A program made the position numbers and the translations under genes. The notes under the pieces are model-generated. The model was not told where the DNA came from. It did no database searches and saw only the letters and a list, made by a program, of their open reading frames with translations. From a virus (lineage: Duplodnaviria; Caudoviricetes), in IMG/VR virus record IMGVR_UViG_3300025390_000524, positions 6,365 to 70,364 of that record: a stretch of 64,000 bases of DNA; one strand, 5' to 3'. Positions 63,767-64,000 of the stretch are shown here, in pieces (within the stretch, counting starts at the first letter, position 1; every line of letters begins with the position of its first letter).

Positions 63767-64000
63767 ATGGCACACGAACGCTCACAAAGTTTAGTTTTAG
63801 GAACAGCCTACAATCACATCAATTTTGCTGTTGGAGAAACAGTTACAGCAGAGATGGTTACTAGGAAAGCTTACCGCGCCTATAACGCGTTGCGGTCCTT
63901 GGACATGATTGATACTTGCGATGTCAACATGCACCAGGTTATCCAAAGTTTACTTTATCAATATAACCACTGGATAGATTCAGGGTACGTAATCAAGTAA
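63767..64000 (+). CDS. Small hypothetical protein
   Basis: ATG 63767 after an AAGGAG RBS. Confidence 0.55.
   Translation: MAHERSQSLVLGTAYNHINFAVGETVTAEMVTRKAYRAYNALRSLDMIDTCDVNMHQVIQSLLYQYNHWIDSGYVIK

Noticed and set aside
1-64000. tRNA/rRNA genes and cyanobacterial HIP1 (GCGATCGC) enrichment
   Set aside because: None noticed by eye. This was not an exhaustive scan; tRNAscan-SE and an exact 8-mer count would be needed before claiming absence.

Overview
The window is a 64 kb stretch of a large, AT-rich temperate cyanophage (siphovirus-like). It has no ordinary chromosomal housekeeping block. Virion genes lie mostly on the minus strand, split into several islands: tail tip 0.1-7.3 kb, capsid 11-14 kb, tape measure 16-21.5 kb, tail tube/chaperones 27-31 kb, terminase 39-41 kb, portal/protease 56.7-60 kb. 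Between them are plus-strand modules for replication and nucleotide metabolism (beta clamp, primase-helicase, nrdAB, thyX, dut, tmk, phoH, RNase D-like), an integrase with a likely intact attP, an endolysin and an early-type cassette region. The standout is 35.65-39.09 kb. It holds a catalytically intact IscB (RuvC+HNH, 457 aa), three CRISPR arrays sharing one 36-bp repeat family, and two copies of an omega/HEARO-type RNA scaffold. In each scaffold the 5' strand is replaced by an anti-repeat, i.e. a split omegaRNA acting like a crRNA:tracrRNA pair, a Cas9-like intermediate carried by a phage with no cas1/cas2 in the window. Other highlights are two TnpB transposons with reconstructable empty sites, a tandem NblA-like protein, a 206-bp duplicated promoter plus structured-RNA element, and a nested inverted-repeat origin candidate. 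All calls come from motif reading by eye; no database search was run.
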